DNA of 64,000 nucleotides from Podarcis filfolensis (lineage: Eukaryota), in the NCBI GenBank assembly GCA_964270895.1, contig OZ185444.1; one strand, written 5' to 3'. Positions 37,601 to 49,087 of this stretch are shown one piece after another (the stretch's first letter is position 1; each line of letters starts with the position of its first letter). Below the pieces are notes generated by a model. That model did not search any database and was not told the DNA's origin. It saw nothing but the letters and a program-made list of their open reading frames with translations. The translations under genes were made by a program, and so were the position numbers.

Positions 37601-39849
37601 ACTATTGGTTCATCATAATGTATCTATTAATTTATGGTTTTTAAAACAATGCCTACAATCTCTTCTACCTATTCTAAAATAACTATGTTTTTTCCAATCC
37701 AAAGACTAAAAAAAAAAAACACTACACCAAAAGCTTTCATCCTCAAGTTGTCTCAAGTAGCACTCTGGACAGATATTAATTTCTTAAGGATTATCCTCAA
37801 ACAAAAGTTCACTTTGTGGCTATCAGCAACCAAGCATCTCCCCATCTTGGTTTCCTAGCAATTAAATGGAATAGTCATCTATGATATCACAGAACATCAC
37901 CTTTTCATAGAAAACCCCTTCATAATTTTTCAGCAGCCTCAGACGTTAATCAACAACCCGTCTCAGACAATTCAATTTAACTCAGGTTGAAACTTGCCTT
38001 TTCCTTTATTTATATCATGAGGTGCATTTCCCACACATGTCAAGCGTGAATCATACTCAGCTGGGTTTAATAGGCACAGCCCATCTGCTCACCAAGGCGC
38101 TCCAGACTCCTTTAAACAGGATACTCAAATTCTCTTCCAGTCGCTCCTCACAAATGCAGAATCGTCCATAAGTTTTCTGGATAAGAGCTGCTCTTCGTGG
38201 ACACAAAGAGGAACTTCATGAATGCCTGTCTCAATGGCCTTCTGCCATGCCCTGAACCTCTGCACTTCTCAGACCAACTATATGTCTTTTCTTTTGTTAT
38301 GCAATGCCAAACAGATATTCTGTCTCCTTTCCCTCCCATCATTGACTTTTTTCTTACATAAACTCATATTTTTTTAAAATTCCCTCATTATAAAGGTTAT
38401 CATTTTGAATCTAAAGAGCACCAGGCAACGTGTAAAAGTGAATACAGCATTTCCACCTTCTCAGTCTTACACTGCAAACCTTTTCTCCCTATTCTGTTTG
38501 CTCAGTGCCTGTGATTTTTCCCTCCTTTCAGGTGCACGAGTGTTCAACATAAACACAAAAGGAAATGACTCACAACATCCCGGAAGATAGGAAGCAATCT
38601 TTCAAAACATGGGATTGGGGAAGATATATTTTCTAAAACTGTGGCGGTAATTGACATAAATGCATTCCAAGTCCAAAAGGAAAACATTAATTTAAACCCT
38701 TAACTTGCTTAATGCCATGATGAAGGAAAACGGGAAAATCGTGAATAGCTTTAAAACGAATACAGAAGAGATGAACAAACAACTTCCTTAATCCGGATGG
38801 TGCAGCTGTACCTGAATAAATAGTGGAATTTTTAAAGGATCAAAAGGACACCTTACCCTGCTAATCTAATTTTTTAGCCTTTCAAATAAAAACACTGAAA
38901 GAGAGTAATGTTCATCTAGTTGACTTCCTATTTGTAGCGTATTGCCCTCATCTGTGGTACTATGAAGAGTTCCTGGTTTTCGAAAACAGAATAAAAACTG
39001 CAGTTTAGTGCATTCAGATTAAGAGCTCAAAATTAGGACTTTGTTTTGCAACTGCATCACCAGAACTATATTTCTTCCAAGGCATAGTCTCCAACTTCCA
39101 GCCTGATCATAAAGATGTTTACTTGGTGGTCCCTTCAATTTGGTACAATAGATGTACAGTCAAATCCTATGCATGTTTACATAGAAGACAGGACATTAAG
39201 TTCAGTAGGCGTCACTTGCAAATGTGCCTAAGGCTGCAATCCTATGTGCACATACTTGAGAGCAAGTCCCTTGAGTTTAGTGGGAGTTAATTTCAAGAAA
39301 ACACACACAAGATCAGAGATCGTTGTAGCTTTTAAAATGACATCACCACTTTTTATGGACCTGCACCTGAACATTTATGCTCGCAGAACATAAGGCCACA
39401 TGAGCATATATTTCAAAGCAAAAAATGCATATTAATCTGATACTTGCTGAATATGCTTTGGGGGGCGGGGGGAAATGTGCATCCTCATCCTGATACATTT
39501 TTGTCAACCAAAGAAACAAACAAGCCTTCCAACATTTTTTTGTCATAGTGCTCATCCCAAGTCCCTAAATCACTAAATCTGGCAAATTAATTGAGCAAGC
39601 ACAAAGCCCAATTTCTAGACTTGCTATGTCAGCAATCAGATATGCAGGGACAGTAGCTACACTGCCACACTGTTACAAAATGAGGTTTTAAGATGTTCAA
39701 CTGGTTCTGCTGCAAAGCTGACATAGTGGGAGGAAGCCCTGCCAACATTCAATATTCTACCTTCTCCAGCCCTAAACCATCCTAACTCAAGTTTATAAAT
39801 GGGGTTATATTAATTCACACCCTGATTTTAAAGTTCACTAAAGGCTATA

Positions 39850-40091
39850 CAGTGGTACCTCGGATTACATCCGCTTCGGGTTACATACGCTTCAGGTTAC
39901 AGACTCCGCTAACCCAGAAATAGTACCTTGGGTTAAGAACTTTGCTTCAGGATGAGAACAGAAATTGTGCTCTGGCGGCGCGGCAGCAGCAGGAGGCCCC
40001 ATTAGCTAAAGTGGTGCTTCAGGTTAAGAACAGTTTCAGGTTAAGTACGGACCTCCGGAATGAATTATGTACTTAACCCGAGGTACCACTG
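39850..40091. mobile_element. Tc1/mariner (Tigger/pogo-like) MITE, second copy, inverted relative to 13294-13505
   Basis: TIRs CAGTGGTACCTCGG / CCGAGGTACCACTG with TA TSD; interior is the reverse complement of the first copy. Confidence 0.9.
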
Positions 40092-43000
40092 TATACCTAA
40101 ACAAATATTCAGTCATGTAGCCAAATTTAGCTTCTATGTAACCACGTCCACTACATACTCTAGGACTCTTGACATATCAAGTGGGGGAAATGCAGGAGAT
40201 GAAAGCTTACTGAGTGTTTGCCAATAATGTGCATGTTACTTATGAGATCTATTTTATGACCTTCTTCAAGATTGAAATTCTCTCATTCAAGAGCAGACAT
40301 ACTTACCAGAGTGGTCTAGCTGCTAGGAAAACTCCACTGGCTCGTTCAGACTACTCCACTGTTAAAGCTACTCTTTGCCACCCCCAAAATGCAAACAAAT
40401 CCAGTTGCAAGGAAAAAAACCTTGTTTGAGCATCTCCCCAAACCAACCATCACAAATCCTGGAAAATGCATTGTTAAACTAAACCCAAAGCTAACAATAG
40501 TCCACATCATCCTAACACTGCTCTGAAAAGAAACTGGCAACTCAGAATTATCAAAGTCTTAGGTACCTACAGAGTTAACATGTACATGCAAGGATTAGCT
40601 GTCTTTTTTACACTGTGGAACCCTTTTAACCTTCTCTCAAGCATCACCAAAGCTTCTGTCTCTGATTCAATAGACAGGCCTTAGAAGGTTTCAAAAACAT
40701 TTCCAACAGATCAATGGAAACATAACACTGCAGATCAATTCGTTTTAATTTTAAGGAGCAGGCCCTGGCTTCACATGTTCCTTCTCTTGCTATGCCAGTT
40801 GCTCATGGTGCAATGTTACATCTAGTTAGCTGTAACCCAGTTTAGCCCTGCAAACCTTGGTTAACATACGTCTGTGCAGATGCAACAGCCACACCATGGT
40901 TACGAGTGTAGGAGGGATGAAAGGGGTGGGGTGGGGAGTTAATGTAGGTGAGGGATGGAGAGCCCTTTCCCATCTCTTTGTGGTTAAGATATCACCAGCA
41001 TTTCTGTGCTAGGTTATTGAGATGTTTTTACCAGCTTTGTAACAGTACCACAAAATGTGGATTGGAATACATTTTGCTGCTTATTTCACAATGCACTTCA
41101 CTAAGTGCAATTTTGTAATTGGGTAACACTGTTGTTCTTCATTCCCAAATTGTTTCTGGTAATAGGAAACTCCCTTCAATTCAATTTGGAACCTGTTGGC
41201 ATTTACAATATTTATTGGAGAACTATTGGGAAAACCTCAGTTTCCACAGAAATTCCCTCCCAACTGGTAACAATGGCACATGTCCACGAATGCCTCTTGT
41301 CGTATTGCTTGATTTTAAAGGGCCTCTAAAAATGTTCTCATTTTTGCCTAGTTGCTTGCCACCAAGCACAGGTTAGAAAGAACTTTCAAAACACATGTGC
41401 CAAATCTCATTTTACATGTGCACATGTGCTAAATCTCATTTTACATTCTAAAATGTAAAACACCAGATCCATTATAAATCCAAGCTTTGCAAGCAGAACA
41501 AATTTTTGTTCTGAACCAGATAGGTACAAACTTTGGCTGCATCACAATTACAAAAACAAACACCTGTGGATGTGTCCCATCAATGCAGGCATTTCCATTT
41601 GAGCAGCAGGACTTTTGCCCCCCTCTGCCTCCTGTGCATACATACCCTGTGTCCTCCCCAAATCTGGCTCCAGAGAGTTGGAGGGATCTGCCGAACAGAT
41701 TTCTGGGGCATGCACTGAGAGGTGGGTGACATTCCATTGCACAAGCAGAAATCCTTGTGCTGCAGAACATTCACAGAGTGCTATGTTGGATATAACCCTA
41801 AGGGTTCAAATACTGAAACATTTATTGATTCAACTCTCTGTCTAATTATTTAATACTTAAAAGTAAATACTATTTGCTTCCAGGAACCTTTTTATCTTGA
41901 TTAGTCACCTTCCCCCTACCATTTTCTAATTATTAACTTAATTTTAGCACTAGGAATACACCTCCAAGATTATGAGCCATTTTGATCTTGGAATGAGATC
42001 TAATTGAGAAGACAGTGCAATTAGCAAAGTATGAACAAAAAAATATGGTGGGTGTCCTAAAGTAACTGCTAAACAGCAGAAAATTATCCAAGTCAGTTAC
42101 ATGTGCACTATTACAGCTTTGGTAACATAAACAATATATTGCCAAATAATTAAAATGCAAACATAAAAATAATTCTGCTCTCAATGATGTGCCAATTAAT
42201 AAAATTGCAAAGACAGCTAGGTAGTGCAGAGACTTAATGGGTTTAAGGCATTACTCCAAAATGCTTCCACAGACATCTGAGGAGCAACCATGGGACAAGC
42301 TGAAATATGTCTACATTTGACCATAGACCGCAATCAGTAATGGAATCCTTCCCATTAAGGAAACATCGTAAGTATCCATTATGCCTTATATCTGTTTTTT
42401 GATACTTCCATGAAAGGAGCTGATAAGGATGATTTATCTGCCGCTTTCCATTCAATGAAGAGTGTTCTTATTTATGCTGCTCATGAAGGCATAAAGCAGC
42501 TATTAACCTAGAGAATGGGCAAACAAAAACATGGATAATGTACCTCTGTTTCACAAACGCTCACCCTTCCCTGAAAAAATACCCAGAAATACAATAACTT
42601 CTCATTTAAAGGTGAAAAAAGGTTAGGGAATGCCAAGCACTGATGCTGATCAGTTCAAATAAAAGCCTAATTAATGCCTTCCATGATTAACATATGTGAC
42701 TAAACTTGTATGATCTTGATTAAGATGGGAGTATACTCTTGAAAAGGAAATAAGTATCAGTGGAATTAGCATTAATAATTCTGGTAATGCCACATAAACA
42801 AAATAATGCTCTTATAAATATTGACTGCTATAGTAAAACATGTGTATTTAAGATTGATTTTTACACAAGAGGACAATTCTCCAAACAAAGACTTAAGCTT
42901 AGAATTCTACTTTCCTACAGCTTACTCTACCCCGAAACACAAGAATTTTGCTGTGTGTTAGAAAACCCCAATGACAGTCTACAAAGTCCAGACTTCACCC

Positions 43001-43338
43001 AGATAATAAAACTGTGTGTCACGAAAAGGGCAACAGATAAGAATACCTAGTCATGTGTTCATGTGTGCTCCACTGCTGTAGAGACCTAGTAGCAAGCCAT
43101 TATAGGTCAATGAAAATTCAGCACTGGATCTGAAGAAAGATTCACAAACCAAACACCCGTACACTTTGGTCACTTTCCATGTCATCCAGAGTATCATGGC
43201 TGCTGCAAGCTCTGCAGTTGTTTCCATGTCATTCCTGGAGTTTATCCGTTGCCTTTGTAGGTTGGGTGAACTTAATACACACCACAAACACTCTAGCACC
43301 TGGGCAGAAGATACAAATGCTCCCAGGTTGGTGTAGGA

Positions 43339-43484
43339 CACTCTTCCCCAAGCCTTTCAGAAATTATGGACTGTAGTTTCCATTATCCCCAATAATGACC
43401 ATGGTCACCATTGGCCATGCTCGTTGGGGCTCATGGGAGTTGGGAGTTCAACAACATCTGGAGGCACCAGTCTGGGGGAAGCTG
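43339..43484. mobile_element. Aged palindromic hAT MITE related to 9965-10094
   Basis: Perfect 8-bp TSD GTGTAGGA; degraded arms. Further degraded relatives at about 54924-55057 and 58965-59066. Confidence 0.7.
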
Positions 43485-44468
43485 GTGTAGGAGCAGCCAT
43501 GAAGGCTATAGTAACCATGCTATTGTGGAGAGGTAGCTGTCTGCTATAGCAGAAACAGAGCCTTTTGACATATTAAAGATGAACAAATATATTATGGATT
43601 AATTTTACACATTTACAATGATTCCTATAAAGTGAGAACAAAGAGTGCCTAGATCTGAACAGCTGACCTCAGGCTCCATTGCTTGGCTATGTCACACAGA
43701 AACCATACACACCCTATTTAGCTACAGCTTACTTCCAAGCAAACATATTTATGATAAGGATACAAATTACTGGTAATTTTGCCAAGTGCCACACAAAACT
43801 TGACTAAACAAGGTTATCAATGAAGTTATCAGGATGAGAATGTTTCCTGCGCACACATGGCTTCTCAGACACAAGCTCTATTGAGGTCAATTAGATTTAT
43901 TTCCAAGTAAGCCTATATATGATTACACTTGAAGGCTGCAATTCTATACACAATTAACTGAGAGTTAATTCAAACTCTCCAAAACCCAGGTGCAATCCTA
44001 CCCCCACTCCTACTGGGAGCGGTTAGGATGTGGTGAATCTTAAGTAAATTATTTATCTAGGAGTTATCTACTCCAACTGAGGAAAGGCCTGCTTACTGCC
44101 GGTGCAAGTTAAGACAGCCCAAGTTACACTAAGAAAAAGGGGTGTGTCAAGAGTAGGGAATGGGTGGAGTAAGGGAGAAACAGATACACTGCATATTTAC
44201 CAGCTCCATCCACAGGTAGCTTACACCACCAAAACTGCAGATGTTAGTATAGTTACAGGTAGGTAGTCGTGTTGGTCTGCCTTGGTCGAAACAAAATAGA
44301 AGTGTGCATGCACACGAAAGCTCATACCAATAACAAACTTAGCTGGTCTCTAAGGTGCTACTGGAAGGCTGTTAGTATACTCACCCCAAAAGGAATGAAT
44401 ACAAGGGCACACAGTGAAGGTTTACACTGCTTCCTGACCCCACCCAGACCAGAGAGTTAGGATGCAGC

Positions 44469-44597
44469 CATGGGTGTAGCCAGGATTTTGGGGGAGGGGC
44501 AGACCTTTCTGTTGGGGGGGGGCAGAACCTCAGATAGTTATGCATTTGTTATTGATTGGGGGGGTAGCTGCCCCTCTCTGCCCCCCCCCACCTAGGT
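44469..44597. mobile_element. hAT-like MITE fragment (left end CATGGGTGTAGCCAGG)
   Basis: TIR-like left end with G-rich interior; a separate right-end fragment of the same family lies at about 49608-49652. Confidence 0.5.
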
Positions 44598-44600
44598 AAG

Positions 44601-44747
44601 AGTAAGAATTGCTCTGCAAGTCCCATTAAATACAATGGAATTTAATTCTGAGCAGCTTAATTTGCACAGGAAATATACTGGTATATCTGCCTAGTAAGAA
44701 TTGCTCTGCAAGTCCCATGAAATACAATGGAATTTAATTCTGAGCAG
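44601..44747 (+). repeat. Local direct duplication of a 55-bp unit, period 92 bp
   Basis: agtaagaattgctctgcaagtcccat(t/g)aaatacaatggaatttaattctgagcag at 44601 and 44693, one mismatch. Confidence 0.85.
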
Positions 44748-46233
44748 ATATTCATAGGGTTCTGTTATGGTTAAGAAGCATTCTCATGCACCAACACAAA
44801 AATTCCAATTGCCTGTTTCCACAGATGCATGCACACAAACGAATTAAACCATTTTAAAACACAGTACCAATGCCTGCAAACCATTCAAACATGAGCTCCC
44901 CACAGTTTTATAATTTTAAACAAAGCTGACTTTGTTTTCCTTAATTGGGGTCATGGCATAAAATAAAATATGCCTTTGTTTTCTGAATCATGATGGGGTA
45001 GCTAGGGTCAACTTTTTTGTTCACCACAGCAAAAACTGAAAGAAAGTTTACTAAAAGACTTTCTTCCTAGGACTATTTGTTTATAAAGTGGGAGCTCTAG
45101 GCCTGAAGCCATACAGATTGCTTCTCCACAATGTTAGTAACTGAATCAATTTAAAACCACAAGACGACACAGAGTATCAGAAATGCACTCAACAAGTTAC
45201 GGGTTATTATGAGTTCTATTTAACTTGAAAGCTTGCCATATGTTCATTCAACACAATAAAAGTCACCTGACCTGTCTGTGTACCTCACACAATGGCCAAC
45301 TACACCTAGCAGAGTTTCTAGGTGTAGAAAAGTACAAGCATTAAAAAGAAGATGACACCTCCTTTCCCCATTAAACTAGTAAGTGTCCTTTGGGGGGGGA
45401 TTAAGTTTTTTGCTGAATCTCTTTCTCTTTTGGGTACCACCTCGTGGTTTTAACAAAGACACCCACCCAAAAAAGAAGGATGGGTGGGAGAGAGAGAGGG
45501 GGGGAAAATGAAGATGAATCATTTCCTTGAGTATCTGCAGGCACAAAATAAGGAGGATAGAGTCCGACCATACCAAGCAGGAAACTGGTGCTTTTTAATT
45601 TCCTCCCCGTAGTTAGAATCACGAGAAAACAAAGACGGACTTCACAGGACACTACCGGAAAAGCAGTTACAATCTCAAAAAATAAGAGCACCAGATCATG
45701 CACTTCTCTCAGGGTACAGACCTCAAGACGAGTATTTCGGAATGGAAAGCTCTCCGAAGGGACTCCGTTGTTGCGTGAAGGGGGGGGCGCGCGCCAAAAA
45801 CTGATGAGGGGCTTGGGAGAAACCGGGGGGGGCCCTCAAGTTGAGCTATAGAAACTTCCCAGTAAGTGCTCTTCTCCCACTCCAACTAAGGGGGGAAGGG
45901 ACATGACACAAAAGACAACGGGACAGCGGGGTGGGGTGGGGGCTGTGAACAAGGACAGCTCGACTTCCAGCCTAGAGGAAGTTTCCCAGAAGACAACCCC
46001 CAACCAAGCCTTTAAATGGAAGCAGAGAATGAGTGGAGGCGAGAGGGGGCAAAGGGAGTTTCCTGGCATTGTCTGCATCCAGCCGCGTCTGGCTGAGTAG
46101 CCCCGATGTGTCTGCTGGGTGGGTGTGTTTCCCCCCTTGTCTTTCCTGCACCTTGACCGGTCGCAGCTGGCTTCGCCGGATGAAGAGAAACTTCTCCGCA
46201 ACTTTCCTCCGCTCATCCCGTCGAGAAACTCAC

Positions 46234-46246
46234 CGGCTGAACTCAT
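46234..46246 (-). CDS. FGD6: FGD6 coding exon 1 (ATG AGT TCA GCC G; MSSA + first base of E)
   Basis: Good Kozak (gcaccATGA), donor CCG|gtgagt; joins exon 2 in frame to give MSSAEIKKPPVAPKPK; lies in the CpG island. Confidence 0.9.
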
Positions 46247-46313
46247 GGTGCCTCCTTCCCACGCGCCTCTCTGCCGCTGCTGCCTGCCTGCCCCTTAACC
46301 CGGCGTCCTTTTC

Positions 46314-46421
46314 TTAAGACATAGCAGCTCCTCTGGAGTCTGCTGAGAGGAAAACAGGCCTCTGCTCAGTCTCGGCGGCTGCCGAAAAATGCGGCTCGTT
46401 CCCCCGACTCCCGCGGAACAT
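46314..46421 (-). other. Candidate 35-codon uORF in the FGD6 5' leader (MFRGSRGNEPHF...AAMS*)
   Basis: ATG at 46421, second in-frame ATG at 46322, TAA at 46314-46316, 67 nt before the FGD6 ATG; depends on the unknown TSS. Confidence 0.4.
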
Positions 46422-46593
46422 CCCCGTCGAGGAGAAGCGAGAGCGACTCGCACCGAAACCAGCCCCGACAGCGACCAACTCTCCGTATAGGCTTCTGCCA
46501 CAGCTACAACACGAAAGACCCCTAGAGGCCGAGAGCCGCCAGTGCAGGCTTAAAAAGCAGAACCAAAAAAAATATCTGTTCCAAGATAAGCTT

Positions 46594-46639
46594 CCAATCA
46601 GCGGAGCGCTACCTGGCCTGCCTTTCTCAACCCCGCCCC
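46594..46639 (+). promoter_or_regulatory. CCAAT box (46594-46598) and GC box (46631-46639) in the intergenic core promoter
   Basis: Sequence CCAATCA and CCCCGCCCC between the two genes; motif match only. Confidence 0.6.
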
Positions 46640-46659
46640 CTCTGTCCTTCGCGGTGGCT

Positions 46660-46674
46660 GCTGGGAGTCGTAGT
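46660..46674 (-). promoter_or_regulatory. ZNF143/THAP11-type motif (ACTACGACTCCCAGC)
   Basis: Reverse complement of gctgggagtcgtagt; one mismatch to ACTACAnnTCCCA, the motif known to be enriched at vertebrate bidirectional promoters. Confidence 0.7.
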
Positions 46675-46770
46675 TTTCTTACGCCCGCGGTTGGGCCATA
46701 CGGGGAGATTATATACCGCCCGAGCTCGGCGGACTCGGTTTCCCGTCGTGCCTGGAGGGCAGAAGCACGG

Positions 46771-46818
46771 ATGGCGGAGAAGGATGACACCGGAGTTCGA
46801 CGACGAAGTGGTGTTTGA
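46771..46818 (+). other. Out-of-frame uORF overlapping the VEZT start (MAEKDDTGVRRRSGV*)
   Basis: ATG 13 nt upstream of the VEZT ATG; TGA at 46816-46818. Translation is not shown by sequence alone. Confidence 0.55.
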
Positions 46819-46819
46819 G
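46784..46819 (+). CDS. VEZT: VEZT (vezatin) coding exon 1 (MTPEFDDEVVFE)
   Basis: Matches the recalled vezatin N-terminus MTPEFDEEVVFE; donor GAG|gtagcg; phase 0. Confidence 0.95.
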
Positions 46820-47179
46820 GTAGCGAAAGCGCGGCCTATCTGGGGGTGTTTCTGAGGAGGCCGCAGGCGGAGGAGCCGGCGCCGCGGGTCCTTCACAGCC
46901 TCAGGCGGCGGGACGGGGTGCGGCGGCCCCGTGCGTGGACGTTGGGGGTGGGTGGGGGTACCTCGCGGGGCCTTCTGCGGGGAGCGGGGGCTGCCACAGA
47001 GGGGCCAGGAGGTTCTGAGGTGGTGCTGGTCTTTGAAACCGCCCCCCTGAGAGGGAGGGAGGGTCGCCTTTAAGCCCCAGTCGCAGCACTTGGAGGGCAG
47101 CAGCTCAGACAAAAGGGGCTGGCCATCTCGCCACAATCCCATCCGTGCCTGCCAGCCTGGAGCCAGTTCCAGTAGAGTT

Positions 47180-47204
47180 TAATAATAATAATAATAATAA
47201 TAAT
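47180..47204. repeat. (TAA)n microsatellite, tail of an antisense L2-like fragment
   Basis: Read directly; adjacent to tttataccccgcccatctggc. Confidence 0.88.
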
Positions 47205-47746
47205 TTATTATTTATACCCCGCCCATCTGGCTAGCTTTCACCAGCCACTCAGTGGCACTTGCTCCCAGGTGAGGGTGCATAAGATCGAAGCCTGCTTTTG
47301 TGGGAGGATGAAGGCACCGTCTGCCCCCCAAACCGTGGTTCTCTTTGCCATTTCTGCTCAATAGCCTTTTTATCCAAGGAGCACCCATCAGTCAGAGTTG
47401 TCGAGGCAGATGGAGGGGGCACCACAACAGGGTGCTGGTTGCCCCCATAGATTCCCCCTGTTCAAATAGCCTGGTTAGTTTTGGCAACAGCCCCCCCCCC
47501 CGGTTGAAAATGCTGCTTCTCAATGACAAGCTGTCAGATGACAGCTATCCTAGATGCACATGCTGACCTGGCTTTTATTACACAGACCTGGCTGGATGAA
47601 GCTGGGAGTGGGGTTAATCTGTCTCAGCTTTGCCCCACCGGGTTTCTCTGTACAGCCAATGTTAGTAACTCAGATATATAACATAATGGCCAACTGGCAC
47701 CTTAAATCTGTGTACAGCAGCAGGCAAGATCTAGGGGAGGGGTCTG

Positions 47747-47926
47747 CAGTGGCGTAGCGTGGGTTGTCAGCACCCGGGGCAAGGCAAGTAATTTGCGCCC
47801 CCTAACCCGTGGATTTGCGCCCCCTAACCCGTGGATTTGCGCCCCCTAACCCATGGATTTGCCCTAACCCCAGATGTTGCGCCCGGTGCGGCCGGCCCCC
47901 CCTGCACCCCCCACGCTACGCCACTG
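47747..47926 (+). mobile_element. Young hAT MITE with internal 22-bp repeats (copy B, 180 bp)
   Basis: Same 17-bp TIR as copy A, perfect 8-bp TSD GGGGTCTG; three full internal units instead of about two. Confidence 0.92.
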
Positions 47927-49046
47927 GGGGTCTGTCCTGATTGCATCTCCTTGACCACATGTCCTCTCCAGCAGCCCACTGGGTTCAAGTGTGTATATCC
48001 GAAGATAGGTGGCTGGGGCAGAATAAGGATTCTGCTGATGTACCACCCACCCTGATGTTCAACAGTCTCTCTTCCTCAACTAGCAGGGAAGGTCTTAGGG
48101 TTGGCATTCATGCTGAGGCTTCACTGTCAGGAGTGGATCAGGATTTCATGTCTGCCATGCCAACCTTGAGTCTGTCCCAAGTAACTTCTGACTCCTATCC
48201 ATGCTGCAGGACACACTCTGGATTTGGTTTTTTGCATTGAATTGGATGGTAGTGGTCTTAGAGTGGAGGAACTTCCTTTAGTTCTCTTGTCATGGTCATA
48301 TCACCACCTTGTGGGGCTTAACCTTGCTGGATCTCAAAGCCTCTGCAGCAATGGGGGACCAATTAATATGGCATGCCAAAGAGCACCAGTAATATTTGAG
48401 ATTATAATTCAGGGTGGTGGCCCCCTCTACCAGTCAAAGGAATAGAGGATCCTTTTAATAAAGGCAAGAACTATCAGTGAGGGAAAGGGCATAGCAGAGT
48501 GAATTCTGACCACTGACCCTCCATTTGTTAACACAAACTCCTAGTGGAGATGTACTCTTTCTGATTAAAGACGACGTGTTAGTATTAAAGTATAAGGGCT
48601 TTTTTGGAAGAAAAAAACACCCCACCCAAAGGTCATAGATCTCACTTTCTGTAAAGCATCTTTGTTTTCCCCACCACTGCCAACTTATTTATAGATTTAC
48701 AGTCCTTCTAGTAGGATCTAATTCCCCTTTTTGTGGCAGACCTGGCACAATGCAAATGCTGTTGTCTATTTCAATAATATTGGTTAGATTAGTAAACTGT
48801 AATAATAATAAAAAAAGAATCCAGCCTCTTGAAATGTATAAAAGAAAGCACTTTCGTACACTTTCATTAGCACGATAGGCATATAGTGTAGCATGTGTTA
48901 TTCGTGTATGTGGTTTCTTCCATTAGAAATCCTTGTGGTTTAATTGTAATGGATAAATAGTATTTACCTCTTGAAGCTGCACTGAACAAGAAGTTTCTGG
49001 AGTATGCTTTGAAATGGACATCTCCCTTATAAGGAGAGACCACTAA

Positions 49047-49048
<2 letters not shown>

Positions 49049-49084
<36 letters not shown>
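49049..49084. repeat. (GT)18 microsatellite
   Basis: Read directly. Confidence 0.92.

Positions 49085-49087
<3 letters not shown>

Larger units (their letters stand above)
46080..47100. promoter_or_regulatory. CpG island / bidirectional promoter shared by FGD6 and VEZT
   Basis: Sharp rise in GC and CpG density spanning both first exons; divergent start codons at 46246 (-) and 46784 (+). Confidence 0.9.

Noticed and set aside
38857-38894. 38-nt segment with AG/GT boundaries on the minus strand in FGD6 intron 1
   Set aside because: In-frame stop, AT-rich with no exon-like composition; indistinguishable from background pseudo-exons.
41392-41446. Short local tandem duplications (about 29 bp here; 21 bp at 60893 and 60934)
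   Set aside because: Two-copy slippage-type duplications with no further structure.
45836-47142. Cluster of 60-171 aa ORFs around the promoter
   Set aside because: Expected from stop-codon scarcity in a GC-rich CpG island. Only the first 13 nt of 45836..46246 are real FGD6 coding sequence.
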